DNA of 64,000 nucleotides from the human T2T-CHM13v2.0 reference genome, Homo sapiens (GCF_009914755.1 NC_060936.1); one strand, 5' to 3'; positions 42,025 through 57,492 are shown, counted from the stretch's first letter. Program-made: numbers and translations. The notes: generated by a model from the sequence alone, not told the origin.

Positions 42025-42197
42025 AAAATCCACTTTAATGACAGTCACCCCAGAAGCCGGTAGACTGGATTAAAATGATCTTATTAAATGTAATTCATAT
42101 ATAAATGTCTGTGAATTTAAGTATTATAATTCCCATTTCATAGATAACAAAAAAATATACGACAGATTTTTAAAGGGATCAGCTGAGGACCAATAGA

Positions 42198-42492
42198 TTT
42201 TTTTCTTTTATTTTTTTTTAAGACAGGGTCTCACTCTGTTTCCCAGGCTAGCATGCAGTGGCTTATTGTAGCCTCTAACTCCTGGGCTCAGGCAATCCTC
42301 CTGCCTCAGCCTCCTGAGGACATACCTGGGACTACAGGTGTGTGCCACCACATCTGGCTAATTTTTGAATTTTTTATAGAGATGGGGGTCTCACTATGTT
42401 GCCCTGGCCTCAAACCCCTAACCTCAAGCGACCCTCCTACCTAGGCCTCCCAAAGCACTGGGATTGCAGTCATGAGCCACTGTGCCCACCCC
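42198..42492 (-). mobile_element. AluJ
   Basis: Diverged dimer. Confidence 0.9.
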
Positions 42493-42907
42493 AGATTTTA
42501 ATGAACTGAATGGATAAGCAATGTTGAAACCCAGCTGTCTCTAATTTATCCACAAAAATTGACAAAAGAAACAACAAAACAATATACAATAGCTGATAAT
42601 CCCAATGTAAATAATAAACAAAATCTGAAATATATTTTGCCACATTAATCTTAAGTCAGGTATACCTGACTCTCAAACTAGTAGTTCATGATAAGATTAA
42701 GAAAGATTACTTTTCAGAAATGTATTCTGCCTGTTGAGACCTGGGAATGTAATTTTCACTGTGAGCAACAACTTGGGGTTGGAGGCAGAATGGTTGGGAT
42801 GGGAGGACAGACCTCTTGAATCTGAGCCCTAAGACTTCTAATAGTACCTAAGACTAAGAGGATACGAAGATTTGATATTATCATGAAACAGTATATCTAA
42901 TTCTTAC

Positions 42908-42987
42908 CATTAATAACTGGCGTGTAAACAACAATCCCAACCAAGTTTGGGTCTGATACAGTTGTGTCCAGAATAAGGCCCCCAATG
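42908..42987 (-). CDS. SLC41A2: SLC41A2 internal coding exon, 80 bp: (S)IGGLILDTTVSDPNLVGIVVYTPVIN(G)
   Basis: Acceptor tctctttcag|, donor ATG|gtaaga; phase 2 to 1 matches both neighbours; peptide is visible in ORF 42897..43169. Confidence 0.95.
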
Positions 42988-44261
42988 CTGAAAGAGATAA
43001 AATTATATAATTTAGAGAAGAGGGAAGAGAACATACTTGAAGTTATTCTGTACATACAGACACCCCTCCTTTTTAAAATAAAATATTCACACATTTTAAA
43101 AATAGAGCAAAAATAAAAATATTCAAAGTAAAAATCAATGTCAACAGTAAAATGTTGAAAATAAAACACGGCATAAGCTCTAGCCCCAAATTTCAGAATT
43201 CTGATGTCTAAGATATGCTACTTGTGAAAAGAAAAAGCATACGCTTTAAATGCATTAAAATGTCTTGAACAGTATACGAGAAATTATTAACCATGTCTAT
43301 TTCTGGGGGTGAGGGTGACAGGGGACTGACGGTCATTTTATATCCTTCTGTGCTTATTAATTTTTTAAAACCATGCCATTGATCACTCTTATAATTTAAA
43401 AAATAATTTAAAAAAGAGTATGGTTTCATATTTGAAATAAAGCATAAAAGAGGTTATTTTTATTGTATTAAAACTAGATATTGTTAGGATGTGTCTTATT
43501 ACTGGCAAATTAAAATAATGAGTTATAGCCACAGAAAGAGCTGATCTTGAGAACAGAAATCTGGAAAACTAACATATCGTTATATGGTAGCAAGCCATAC
43601 ACTCTCAATGTGTCAGTGGAACTTGGAGATTTTTCTAAGTTTCCAAGGCCATTATCAACTGGTTAACATCAGTTTCTGGGTCTGTGTAGTATAAAACATT
43701 GCCAGTCCTAATATTCCATGGGATCCTGTGCCCAAATCTTCCAGGAAAATGCCATCCACATTACAACAAAATGAACTACATGCTGTCACAGAATGGGATT
43801 GTCAAAATATCAGATCAAATGTTCTTACCTGATAGTTAACATTAGAAAATTATCAAATCTTTATTATTTTAATTCTTTAGTAAAATAAAGGAATTATGCC
43901 TTAATAGGCCTAAACTGTGGGCGTTCTCATTAAAGAGGTACACTGTAGAGTCCCAAAATAGTCCTCTTTAGAAATATTTTAACATTTTAAGCCCTAATTA
44001 AAAGAATAAAGTACATACTTCAAGAACAAACTAGTTCTGAGTCAAAAAATAAACCTCCCTGACAAAATATATAGATCATGTTGTGGATATAACATAACAA
44101 TTGCTAAAAATACATTTTTTAGATTCCTGTTAAGCCCAGTGATAAAAGTTACTATAGAAAAAATTAGAAAAGACAAAATGAAGAAAGTAAAAACCAACCC
44201 TAGTTACACCATTGAGTTACACTGTTAGTATGCTGTTATATAGGCTTCTAGACTTTTTTTA

Positions 44262-44660
44262 ACTTATTTTGTTACTTATTTAAATTGACAATAAAAATTG
44301 CACATATTTATCCTATACAACATGTTTTGAAATATGTATATATTGTAGAATGACTAAATTGAGCTAATTAACTTATGCATTACTTCACATACTTATCTTT
44401 TGTGGTGAGAACACCTATACAACATGTTTTGAAATATGTATATATTGTAGAATGACTAAATTGAGCTAATTAACTTATGCATTACTTCACATACTTATCT
44501 TTTGTGGTGAGAACACCTAAAATCTCTTGGCAATTTTGATGAATACAATACACTGTTATAAACTATCACCACCATGTTGTACAATAAATCTCTTGAATAT
44601 GTTCCTGTAGTCTAACCAAAATTTTTAATCCACTGACCAACATCTCCGCAACCCAGCTTT
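44262..44660 (-). mobile_element. L1MA 3'UTR fragment carrying a 102-bp tandem duplication
   Basis: ttgtggtgagaacac..tacaatacactgttat..accatgttgtacaataaatctcttgaa. Confidence 0.85.
44312..44519. repeat. Perfect 102-bp tandem duplication
   Basis: 44312-44413 equals 44414-44515; CCTA microhomology at the junctions. Confidence 0.96.
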
Positions 44661-44711
44661 TTTACTATATACATTTTTAAAAATAAAAATTAAATGATAA
44701 AAGTAGTTTTA

Positions 44712-45066
<355 letters not shown>

Positions 45067-45069
45067 GAG

Positions 45070-47350
45070 GTATATAAAAGTACCATAAAGTTCATAATAA
45101 AATAATGGTCCCTAGCCCCACCTCCAGGTCCTTCTCTGTACTAGAAATTCTTTTTATCTTCTTTAGTAGTTTCTTATGGCATTTAGTTTTTCTAAATAAC
45201 ATGCTTATACTGCTATTTCTTCATATTAAATTTTAGACATTTAGCAAATGACTTCCTACTATGGCAGATGAGGATTTGACCTCTCTTACACTTCCCTCCC
45301 ACTTTGATCCCTTCCCAAATCCCTTCCTCCTCCCATCCTGCTAATCTGGTTATAATTTCTGGTGAAATACTTAGGGTTGACTTTATTATAACAACAGAAA
45401 TTTCATTACTCATAGCTGAGCCACAGAGTGTATTATTAGATATCCTCACGTACGCTTTTTGCTTTGCCTCATATTTTTCTTAACTTTTTAGGTACCTATT
45501 ACTAATTCAACCTCACATGTGTAACTAAGTTTATGAAGTACCTTTCAATACAGTCAAACTCATCAATTCCACTTTTTTTTTTTTTTTCTTAGAGACCTCC
45601 CTCCTTAAGTCCCCTGTCCTCCTGCCAATCTGGATGGTTGCCTGTCTAGGCCTGATGTACAGCTGTCATCCTGTACCTTCCCTCCAATACCCCCTTGGAT
45701 CCTGGTCTATGTACTATAACAAAAGCCCAGTATTTCATGGGATTCTGTTGCCTGAATCCTCCAGGAAAAAAGCAATCTACATTACAGAAAAATGAACCAC
45801 ATGCTGTCACAGAATAGATTTCTTCTTTCCTGTATCATCTTTCTTAATTTGTTTCCTAATTTTGATAGACCACACCTCCTTTCAGCTTTATACAAAGGGG
45901 TAGAGGGGCAGTAAATTCCATGAGATCCTGCCTGTCTGAAAATTTCTTTAGTCTTCTCTTACACGTGGTTGATATTGTGACTGTATTTTATGTTCAAAAT
46001 AATTTTCTCTCAGAATTTCAAAGGAATCATTTTAGTGTTGCTACTGGACATCATTCTGGTTCCCAGTGCTTTATATGTAACTTATTTTTTCTCTGGAAAC
46101 ATTTGGGATTCATGATAATATGCTTTCACTTGGGTCCCACCTACTTTAATTTATTGCACTGGGTACTTAGCAGGCGCTTTCCATCAGGTAGCTCATGTTT
46201 TTCAGTTCTGGGAATTTTCTTGTATTATTTATTTGAGAATTTTCTCTCCTTATCATTCACCTCCTATTGTCTATCTCTTTGCTTCATGGTTTGCTTTTCA
46301 GGAGGGTTCCTCTACTTTATATTCCAACTCTTCTACATAATTTATTTCTGCCATTTATGTATTTTTTTAATTCCCAAGAGCTCTTTGTGTTTTTCAAATC
46401 TTCTTTTGCATTCTGTTCCTATATTATGAATATTATGCAATAGCTATTATGCAATAGTTTCTCTTATTTATCTGAGGATACTGATAAGAGTTTTCTGAAA
46501 GTACTGATGGTACTTTCCTTGAGTACTATTTTTTTTTCCCATCTGTCTTTTATGTTAGAGGCCTTTATGAAATGTCTAGCAATCCTTTACTGGCTGCCCT
46601 GTTTAAGGGGCACTGCAAGGCATACTTGGAACTCTCTGTGTACATGGGCAGAGTTTGTCAGCAAGTGGGACTCATGGAAGACAATCAGGTGGGTTTGTAG
46701 CTCTTTCATTAAAGGACTCACAAGGGTTAGTATCTGCAGATCTGATCTTTTGTGCTGGTAAGTTCCCCCACAAATGAATTATCTAATTTTTTGCCTGGGG
46801 GTAAAAGGCTGTCTCTCAGCATTATACAAAGAAAAGGAAGTGGGATAGGGTTCTCATTGTTCAGTAGACTTTTACTTAGTCTTGCTATTTGTCACACAGT
46901 GCTTGAGCCACATCCTCACATGTACAGATGTTTCTGAATCTAGAACCTCTCCGATTTAGCCTCTTGAGAGGTTATTCTTGTCTTCTGCTAGGGTGTGAGG
47001 GGGCAGTCACATGGGTGCTAAAGCTGGAGAAAGATTGTGGGGATCTAATTGCTCCTTACCTAAACTTTCAACCAATCTTCCTCATTGCAGCTTTCAGATG
47101 TACTTGATGCCTTTAATTCCTCTTTCTGGGTTTCTGAGACTTGCTTCTGATAGGCAGTTAGGTGTCAGCTTTTTTCATTCTGCTCATTCAGTTAACAACT
47201 CTTCATCTGATTCCTATCTTCCTAATGTTGTCTCTCACCTGCTGCCCTCTTTGCTCCTCCTCTGTCTTTGTGGTTTTATAGCATTTTTATTCTTTTACTG
47301 TCCTTTTAGTAATTTCAGGAAGGAAAAGAAACGTTTCTTAATCTAACATG
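45070..47350 (-). mobile_element. Very old LINE-like remnant (L1ME/HAL1-like)
   Basis: T-rich degenerate sequence with L1-like motifs (cctgtctgaaaatttcttta, ttttcagttctgggaattttcttgtattatt). Confidence 0.5.
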
Positions 47351-47995
47351 TTTAATAGGAAATTCATACTCTTTTCTAGGTTGTTCTTCTCATCAGATGT
47401 ATCATAAACTCTTTCCATAGCAATAGAAATGCTACAATGTTATTTTAATGGCTGATACTCCATTTTGTGACTATATAATAATTTATCTGATCAATACCGT
47501 ATTGCAAGACCTTTATGTTGTTCTATTTATTTTTGTTATTAAAAACTCTGGGGTGATGAGGATGCTTGCAGCTAAATCTTTTACATATGTCCTTAATTAC
47601 ATCTTTAAGGTCATCAGAGTCCTAGATATGGAAGTAGCCAATGGAATATACATTTCTAAGGCTTTATGATACTCATCTGAGCAACTTAATACTCAGAGTA
47701 AGTAATGTCCTTGTCAGGTTAACATACACATACACACACAAAGACAAACACCACTAAATTTTACTCAATCTGGTAAGGCTTTGGAGAGAAGTTTGAAATT
47801 GGTAGCCACATGAGGTTCTTTACATCTACTGATTTCATTAATTATGCCTGTCATTTAGATCCCTTGTTATAATACCCGGGAGAATAATGAATTGGCTATA
47901 TAAAATAATTAACCTAAGAAATAAAAACAGGCAATTCATTTATTTTAATATGCATGTACATATATGCTTATAGAAGACACACAAAGACAGACAGA

Positions 47996-47998
<3 letters not shown>

Positions 47999-48033
<35 letters not shown>
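47999..48033. repeat. (AC)17 microsatellite
   Basis: Direct read. Confidence 0.98.
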
Positions 48034-48036
<3 letters not shown>

Positions 48037-48048
48037 TTTAATACTAAC

Positions 48049-48196
48049 CTACTTATAACCATAGCTGTTATGACAGGCTCCCAGCCTGAGTGGAGAACTG
48101 TTCTTGTGGCTGGATGTTTGGCAGCTATTATAATCCAAATAGGGGTTAGAGCCAAGAAAAATACACCAACTAATGGAGAAATGTAGTAATAGGTCT
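48049..48196 (-). CDS. SLC41A2: SLC41A2 internal coding exon, 148 bp: (E)[48 protein letters not shown](S)
   Basis: Minus-strand acceptor tttttaattttag| after a long T tract; donor AG|gttagt; phase 1 to 2. The [13 protein letters not shown] segment is characteristic of SLC41 (MgtE-related) transporters. Joins the next exon in frame. Confidence 0.95.
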
Positions 48197-48479
48197 CTAA
48201 AATTAAAAAAAAAAAAAAAAAGAGAGACAACATTTAAATCTCTCTTCTATGTAGCAGATCTAAATTATCAAAGTTTACTAGAAGGTACGACACTATCAAA
48301 CATATTAACATGCTATACATTTTCTATAAACTTCAAACAAATTTATAACTGTAAATAAGGTAAAAATATTAAACAATGTAACTGAAAAGTAACACATTAA
48401 TTCAATAAACATTTACTAAAATAGTTACATAACCTACATGAAAATAGCATAATAACAATAACAACAAGAACAGTAACAG

Positions 48480-48700
48480 TAAAAAAGCTAACATTTATTG
48501 GGCTCCTACTATATACCAAGTACTATGCTAAATGCTTTACATTCATCATCTCATTTCATTGTCCCCACCAATATAAAATAGATACTGTCATTTCTATTTT
48601 ATGAAGAAACTGAGGCTTAGAAACTTAAGAATACAGTGAGGAAATAGGGAGAGCCGGAAGAAAATATGTATCTGACACCAAAGTTAGTGCTCTTAACTCT
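48480..48700 (-). mobile_element. MIR
   Basis: gctaacatttattgggctcctactatataccaag..atgaagaaactgaggcttaga. Confidence 0.75.
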
Positions 48701-49036
48701 AAAGGTAAATAGGATATTATTTTTGTCCATAGGGATCTTATAGTACAGGCATTCCATAAAATATTGGCTGCCTACTGATAATAGATATCCAAGCTCCAAA
48801 ATGAAATAGAAAAACTAGGTTTGATTCTCAATTCATATTTAATTCTAAATCTCCCTAGGGTTAAAAGTTGCATATCCCTTACTGAAAGTCTTATCATCTC
48901 AAGGCATTTTTTGGATAATATCATTTTAACTGATCAAAGTTTCATTATTATCAGAGATATTCCTGGCTTCTTCTCCATAACTCTAATTAATTTATTATGC
49001 AGAATAAGTACTTTTTAACTTAAAGGCAGAGTTTGC

Positions 49037-49646
49037 CTCGCAGTCCTATAGCCTACAGCCTTAGATTACTTAATCTAAGTCAAATGTTACTTAATATTTT
49101 GATCTTACAGAATGCTGCAACCCTTACCCCAACTCTTATCTTTGACTGAATTTTCTATTTTTTTTGCTTCTTAAGGTATTTAAAGATCTTCTCACCTATG
49201 ACTAAAGATGCTTGAACTACATACAAACCCAAAATTTTTATTTTTTCCATATCATGTAGGAATAAACAATTATTATAGATATTAAAATAAAGCTAAACAA
49301 AGTTTACTCCTAAGCTTTTGTATGGATTTGCCATCACATCTTCTCACAGTCCTGTAGCCTACAGCCTTAGATTACTTAATCTAAGTCAAATGTTACTTAA
49401 TTTTTTGATGTTACAGAATGCTACAACCCTTACCCCAACTCTTATCTTTGACTGAATTTTCTTTCTTTTGCTTCTTAAGATATTTAAAGATCTTCTCACC
49501 TATGACTAAAGATGCTTGAACTACATACAAATCCCAAATTTTTATTTCTTCCATATCATGTAGGAATAAGCAATTATTATAGATATTAAAATATAGCTAA
49601 ACAAATTTTACTCCTAAGCTTTTGTATGGATTTGCCATCACATCTT
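49037..49646. repeat. Tandem duplication, 2 x ~305 bp
   Basis: 49037-49342 and 49343-49646 align end to end with about a dozen differences. Confidence 0.97.
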
Positions 49647-50149
49647 TAAAATAATTATACTAATAAAATTTATTTTTATATTTTCTTCTATTTAAAGGAA
49701 TATGACTAATGCTACATTGTGTCATTTTCTCCATGATTTTTTAAAAGATGAAAAAAACCTTTTATTTGTTGAATGGATTCACAGTTCTCCTTGTAAGCCA
49801 ACAGATAAGGATAAATAACATCCCAGTTAGGAAGCATTTCAATCTACTAAAACAACTAAGGTTGCCAATAATTTCTTTAATAGAACGAAATAGAAAACAA
49901 AATGCATTGAAAACCACTAAACACAAATGAAAAGAACTATTCTGCTAGGTCAGATCATCTTAGTATTTTATTCTCAGGTCAAGAGAGGAGCACCCTGCTA
50001 GACTTTAAAGAAGCTATCCTCAACATTAAATCTCTGGAAGGACATCTGAAGCTGAAAAACGCACCCACCACACCCACCCCAGAATCACTGCCCTGAATTT
50101 TCAAAGAGGAGAAAAAATACCTTAGGAAAGAAACTAAAAATAATGAGCA

Positions 50150-50930
50150 GGCAGTTCCTTAAAAAGTTAAACAGAGTTTAACTTGACCCAGCAATTCTAC
50201 TCCTTCATGTACACCCAACAGAATGGAAAACATATTTACATAAAAACTTGTACATTACATAAAAACTTGAATGTTCATAGCAGCACTATGCATAATGGCC
50301 AAAAAGTAGAAGCAACCTAAATGTTCATCAAATGGTGAATAGATAAACAAAACTTAGTATATCCATAAATGGACTATTACTTGGCCATTTCATTAATCCA
50401 TACAATTGGATGTTACTCTGCACTTCATATGATTCAAAAATGATGCATGTGACAACGTGATGAACCTTGAAAACATTATGCTAAGTGAAAGATGCCAGAC
50501 TCAAAAGGTCACATATCAAATGATTACTTTTACATACAAGCCCAGAATAGGCAAATCCGAAGAGAAGGTAGATTGGTGATTGTTAGAGGAGGGGTGGGAT
50601 GAGGAATAACTGCTAAAGTATTCTGTTTTGTTTACAGATAGGGTCTCACTTTGTCACCAAGGATGGCGTGCAGTGGCATAATCTTGGCTCAGTGCAGCCT
50701 CAAATCCCTGGGCTCAAGTGATCCTCCCATCTCAGCCTCCCAAAGTGCTGGGATTACAGGCATGAGCCACCATGTCAGGCCCAGCGTTTCTGTTTGAGGT
50801 GATGAAAATGTTCTGGAATTAGATCACGGTGATCCTTGTACAACCTTATGAATATGCCAAAAACCACTGAATTGTATACTTTAAAAAAGTGAATTACATG
50901 GCATGTGAATTACATCCAATTTTTAAAAAT
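50150..50930 (+). mobile_element. L1MB-type 3' end, interrupted by an Alu monomer
   Basis: ggcagttccttaaaaagttaaac..gacccagcaattc..gaaccttgaaaacattatgctaagtgaaag..gatgaaaatgttctggaattaga. Confidence 0.85.
50625..50783 (-). mobile_element. Alu monomer (FRAM-like)
   Basis: Single arm containing the right-arm-type gtgcagtggc..ttggctca segment. Confidence 0.8.
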
Positions 50931-51629
50931 CCTCACAGAGGGGAAAACAGGAAGGAGGACTACATTCTTCAAAAATGTCTGTCATTAAAGACAAAGGATA
51001 TACACACGTACATAGACAAAGAGAGAGAACAAAAGATAAAGCAAATGGGGTAAAATGTTAACCTTAGGTGAATCCAGATAAAGAGTATGCAGGGGTTTTT
51101 TTTGTACTGTTTTGATTTTTGCAACTATTCTATAAACATATAATTATCTTCAAATAAAAGTTTGTTAAATGTTAAAAAGGTGGGAAAACCATGATAAAAC
51201 CCAAATTTCCAAATGTTTACTGTAAATGTATTCTACTTCAATTACCTGCCAAATCCAACATGCCCATTCCCACCAAATTAGACCATATGGATAATTCTAT
51301 AGGACCCTCCTAACTTATTCCTGGCTAACTTCTAATCCAATTTTGATAGGTAGGGAAAATTACAAATATATAAAAAGAGATGCTACAAACATTTCTCTTT
51401 TTTGGATATACTGGTGTTTTATAGATGTCATAAAATTAAAGAATTACTTTTAGAAAACCACCAATGACACAATCAACAGAGCAAATAGTCAATTAAAGGC
51501 CAACTATGAACTTCCACATTAATATTAAAATGTAAAATCATCTTCCTTCTAAATGAAACACATTTAAAAGATCCTGGTTAAAATAATATTTTGTATTAAA
51601 ATCTGGGTATATCATAATGGGTATTAGGG

Positions 51630-52128
51630 TAGGATGAATAAAATCTAGTAATAATTCACAGGACCTGTGAATGCTACCTTATACGGCAAAAGGGGCTTTG
51701 TAGAAATGATTAAGTCAAGAATTTTGGGATGGGAATATTATCCTGGATTATTTGTGTGACCCCTAAATATAATTGCAGGTATAGGAGGGAGGCAGGAGCA
51801 GATGTGGCTGCAGAAGAGAAGAAAGCAATGTGACCACAGAAACAGAGATTGGAGTCATACAGCTACCAGCCGAGAACACCGGCAGGCAGCTGCCAGAAGA
51901 TGGAAGAGGCAAGGAACAGATTCTCCCCAAGACCAGAAGGATCCAATCCTGATGACACCTTGATTTTATTCCTATATAACTCATTTTGAATTTATACTTA
52001 ATTGTAATTGTTCTGGTTTCCAGAACTGTAAAAACAAAACAAACAAAAAAACCCAAAAAACATTTCTATTGTCTTAAGCCACAAGGTTTGTGCTAATTTG
52101 TTACAATGGCAATAGATAACTAATACAT
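51630..52128 (+). mobile_element. MLT1 (MaLR) solo LTR
   Basis: acctgtgaatgctaccttatacggcaaaagg..ggaagaggcaaggaacagattctcc..taatttgttaca..aactaataca. Confidence 0.88.
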
Positions 52129-54010
52129 GCATATTTAAAACTTCTTGGAATTTTAAGCCTAATAAATGTCCATTATACATTAATACTGACTCTGTGATAT
52201 AGGCAAACTACGGAAAAGTAAAGATTAACACAGCTAAAGTGGTTCAAATCGCTCTGATGCCTCCTAACTGGCAAACATAACTAGCATCTTTTGTGATCCA
52301 GTTTTCACATTTTATATTGTTGACGGCATTTCCCAACTGCTGTTATATCATTTCATTAATAGTGTTCATCATTCTCACCCCAAATTCTTCTGAAACATGT
52401 AGCTGTTATGATTGACAATTTTTATGTATTAGCTGTTTCTATGTAAACAACAAAGCAATGGGCACTGTAAGTTGTGATTTTTTTCTAAATGCCCCTTAAT
52501 AATTGATCTAAATTTTCTGAGGGAACTGATACTCTAGAAATCACTCTAACCTAAGATGGTACTGTGCTAAAAATCCCTCAAGCATAGAGACATTCAAGAT
52601 AAATTTAGATTCTACTCACACCACCACATTAAGGCAGAGATATTCTAGAATGGTCTGTAAATAACCAGGTGGCATCCTTGTTAGTCTCCATAGGAATGCA
52701 GTAACCTGAGGCTAATTGCTACTGCTCTTACAGCTTCAGCTAAGCCATCTGTTTAAAGTTAATCTTGAAAAATGAAAAATCAATCAACATTTTGCCTCTC
52801 AGATCTCGCCTACAAAGAGAATATCTAATAATTTTTTCAAATCAATAAATATCATGTACACACAAGAATTAGATAGCCATGCAGTTATAAATATGTGAAA
52901 AAGAATTTTTTAAATCTTCTTGGAACTTATGCAAACAGAAAGAAAGGAGCAACAATCATGTGAACATATATATATTCCAGTTACTGGCCCAATGTTGAAT
53001 CTTGTTAATAGCTTTTAAAGATTACTGTATGTTTAAAGATTACTATACGAATGTATAAATGCCTTTATATTGTCCCTGCAAGCCACACAAAAGTATATCA
53101 GAATCCAGAGCTTAGATTACTCTCTGAACTTTCTATTTCCATTTGAAATAGATCTTTTCTAGCCATGTGTTGCCATTTTTATTTTTCTATAGTGGTACTA
53201 ATTCCCAGATACTTTCTGCTAAGATATCCTTCCAATATTTCCCCAATACTATATCCTCATCAAAATGATTTTTTGTTACAATCTATTATGTTATTGGACA
53301 ATTACTGTGCCAAAATCATTCTGAATAACTTCTAATCACGTTAATTGGAGTGCTTTCAAAAGGAATAAAGCATTTGGTGAAGTACTGTTTATTAAACATC
53401 TGTTTTGTATATGGCACTATAGGGTGCTACAAAGAAATAAAATAAGAACGCAGTTTTGTCCTTAAGAAGCTTATATCCTCATAAGAGAAGGTATAACATT
53501 TATAGAAAAAGCTATAATGACCAGCCACACATTAAACATGTCACAAGAGAAGTGTCAATTAAGTGTTATAGGAATTCAGAGGAGAAAAAAGATCACTTAA
53601 GACTAGGAAAATCTATAAATGTAGGCTTTAAAAATGAGAAGGATTTGGATTGGCCTTGATGGGAAGAAGAGGATGAACTGGGAGAGGGGAATGAGGAATG
53701 AATTGAGGGAGGGGAATAAGAAGGAAAAAAAAAACAGATGGTATATGAGATCAGTAAACAGCTGAGTTTGGCTGGAGTAAAAGGTATAGAACAGGAGAAG
53801 CAGGCAGAAGCTTAAGAAGGTAAGTTTCCAACTGACTCCGCGAGGCCTAAATACCAGGGTAAAAACTTTAACTTTGTCCATTAAGCAATAAAGAGTTACT
53901 CAGGATGACTACAAAAAATAAAGTCAATTGGAGTAAACAAAGCTTTAGGCTTGTTTGTTTCACTCTTTTTTGGAGGAGTGGAGAGGAAAAGGGGGAAAAT
54001 TGCATATTTA

Positions 54011-54447
<437 letters not shown>

Positions 54448-55645
54448 TCATTTCAGAATACTCAGAATTCTAAGTAGTTGAATAAGACTTTTTTCTTTTT
54501 TTGATACATACTTAAGGTGTACAACTTGGTGTTTTCATAGACATATTACAGTTACATGGTTAGATATATAGTTAAGTGGTTACTACAGTCCAGTGATTTA
54601 ACATCCATCATCTCAGATATTTAACCTCTTTCCACTTTTTTGTGGTAATTACATCTAAAGTCTACTGTCTTGGCAAACTTCTAGTTATAACTATAGTCCT
54701 CATGTTGTACATTCATTGGATCTCTAGATTTTTTTCATCCTACATAACTGCAACTTTGTAGTCTTTGATCTACATCTCCCCATTTCCTGCCTCACCTCCA
54801 CCCCTAACCCCCATCCCCCGTAACTACCATTCTACTCTTCGTTCCTATGTATCTGACATATTTTTAAAGATTCTCTATATAAAGTGAGATCATGCAGTAT
54901 TTTTACTTCTGTGTCTGGCTTATTTCACTTGACATATAATGTCTTCCAGGTTCATTCATGTTGTTGCAAATGGCGGATTCTCCTTTTTTAAGACCGAACA
55001 ATATTACATTGTATATATACTACAATTTTATTATTTACTCATCCATCAGGAACATTTAGGTTGTTTCCATATCTAGACAACCGTAAATAATGCTGCAATG
55101 GACATGGGAGTGCAAATATCTCTGTGAAGGGCTGATTTCATTTCCTTTGGATACATACCCAAAAGGGAGATTGCTGAGTCATGCAGTCATTCTATTTTTA
55201 ATTTTTTGAGGAACCTCCATACTGTTTTCCATAAAACTGCACCAATTTACATTTCTACCAAGAGTGTACAAGGATTCCCCTTTCTCCACATCCTTGCCAA
55301 CACTTGTTATCTTTCATCTTATTGGTAATAGCCATTATAACAGATGTGAAATGATATCTCATTTCAGTTTTGGTTTGCTTTTCTCTGATGATTAGTGACA
55401 TTGAGTACCTTTTCATATACTTGTTCGTCATTTTTATGTGCTCTTGGGGGAAATGTCTACTCAGGTCCTTTGCCCAGTTTTAAATTGGGTTATGTGTTTT
55501 TTATTGAGTTATGTGAGCTCCTTATATATTTTGGATATTGACTCCTTATCAAACATATGGTTCACAAATATCTTCTCCCAATCCATAGGATGCCTTTTCC
55601 TTTTCACTTTGTGGATTGTTTCTTTTGCTGTGTAGAAACTTTTAA

Positions 55646-55990
<345 letters not shown>

Positions 55991-56894
55991 AAATGCTGCC
56001 CGATTTTTTGATGTGATATCCAAAAAATCATTGCCAAAGTCAATGTCAAGGAGCTTTTCTCCTATGTTTTCTACTAGGAGTTACATGGCTTCAGGCGTTA
56101 TGTTTAGGTCTTTAATCTATTTTTAGTTGTGTAAGATAACTATCTTTGTGTATGTGTAAGATAAAGGTCTAGTTTCATTCTTTTGCATGTGGATATCCAT
56201 TCTCCCAACACCATTTATTGAAGAGACTATTCTTTCCCAATTGTGTCTTCTTGGTGCCCTTGTTAAAAATTATTTGACTGTATATACTTGGGTTTACTTC
56301 TGGGCTCTCTATCCTGTTCCACTGTCTGTTCCCATGCCAGTACTATACTGCTTTGATTACTATAGCTTTGTGACATAATTTGAAATCAGGAAGTGTGATG
56401 CCTCCAACTTTGTTTTTCCTAAAATTGCTTTGGCTATTCAGGGTCTTTTGTGGTTTCATATGAATTTTAGAATTCTTTTTTCTATTTCTGTGAAGAATGC
56501 CATTGAAATTTTGATAGGAATTGCACTGAACCTGTATATTGCTTTGGGTAGTATGGATGATACTAATTCTTCCAATCCATAAACATGGAATACCTTTCCA
56601 TTTATTTGTGTCTTCTTCAATTTATTTCATTAATGTTTAATCATTTTTATTGTAGAGATATTTCACCTCCTTTGTTAAAGTTATTTCTAGATATTTTATT
56701 TAACACAGTGTGCTATATTACACTGATTGATCTGTGTATGTTAAACCATACTTGCATCCCTGGGATGAATCCCACTTGGTCATGATGTATAATATTCTTT
56801 ATGTATTGTTGAATTCAGTTTGCTAGTATTTTATTGAAGATTTTTGCAGCTGTGTTCATCAGAAATATTAGCCTATAGTTTTCATTTATTTTGT

Positions 56895-57050
56895 TGTCGT
56901 TGTTGTTTAGGTCATTTTTGTCTTTGCTTTTGTTTTAGAGATGGGGTCTCACTATGTTGCCCAGGCAGGACTCCAACTCCCAGGCTCAAGTGATCCTCTC
57001 ACCTCAGCCTCCAGAGTAGCTGGAACTACTGGTATGTGCCACCACACCTC
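56895..57050 (-). mobile_element. Alu monomer (FLAM-like)
   Basis: gagatggggtctcactatgttgcccagg...gccaccacac. Confidence 0.8.
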
Positions 57051-57054
57051 ACTA

Positions 57055-57492
<438 letters not shown>

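Noticed and set aside
45920-46429. 169-aa hydrophobic ORF resembling a membrane protein
   Set aside because: Phe/Leu richness comes from T-rich antisense LINE-like sequence.
52662-52678. Partial CTCF-like ACCAGGTGGCA
   Set aside because: The 5' half of the motif is missing; such partial matches are common by chance.
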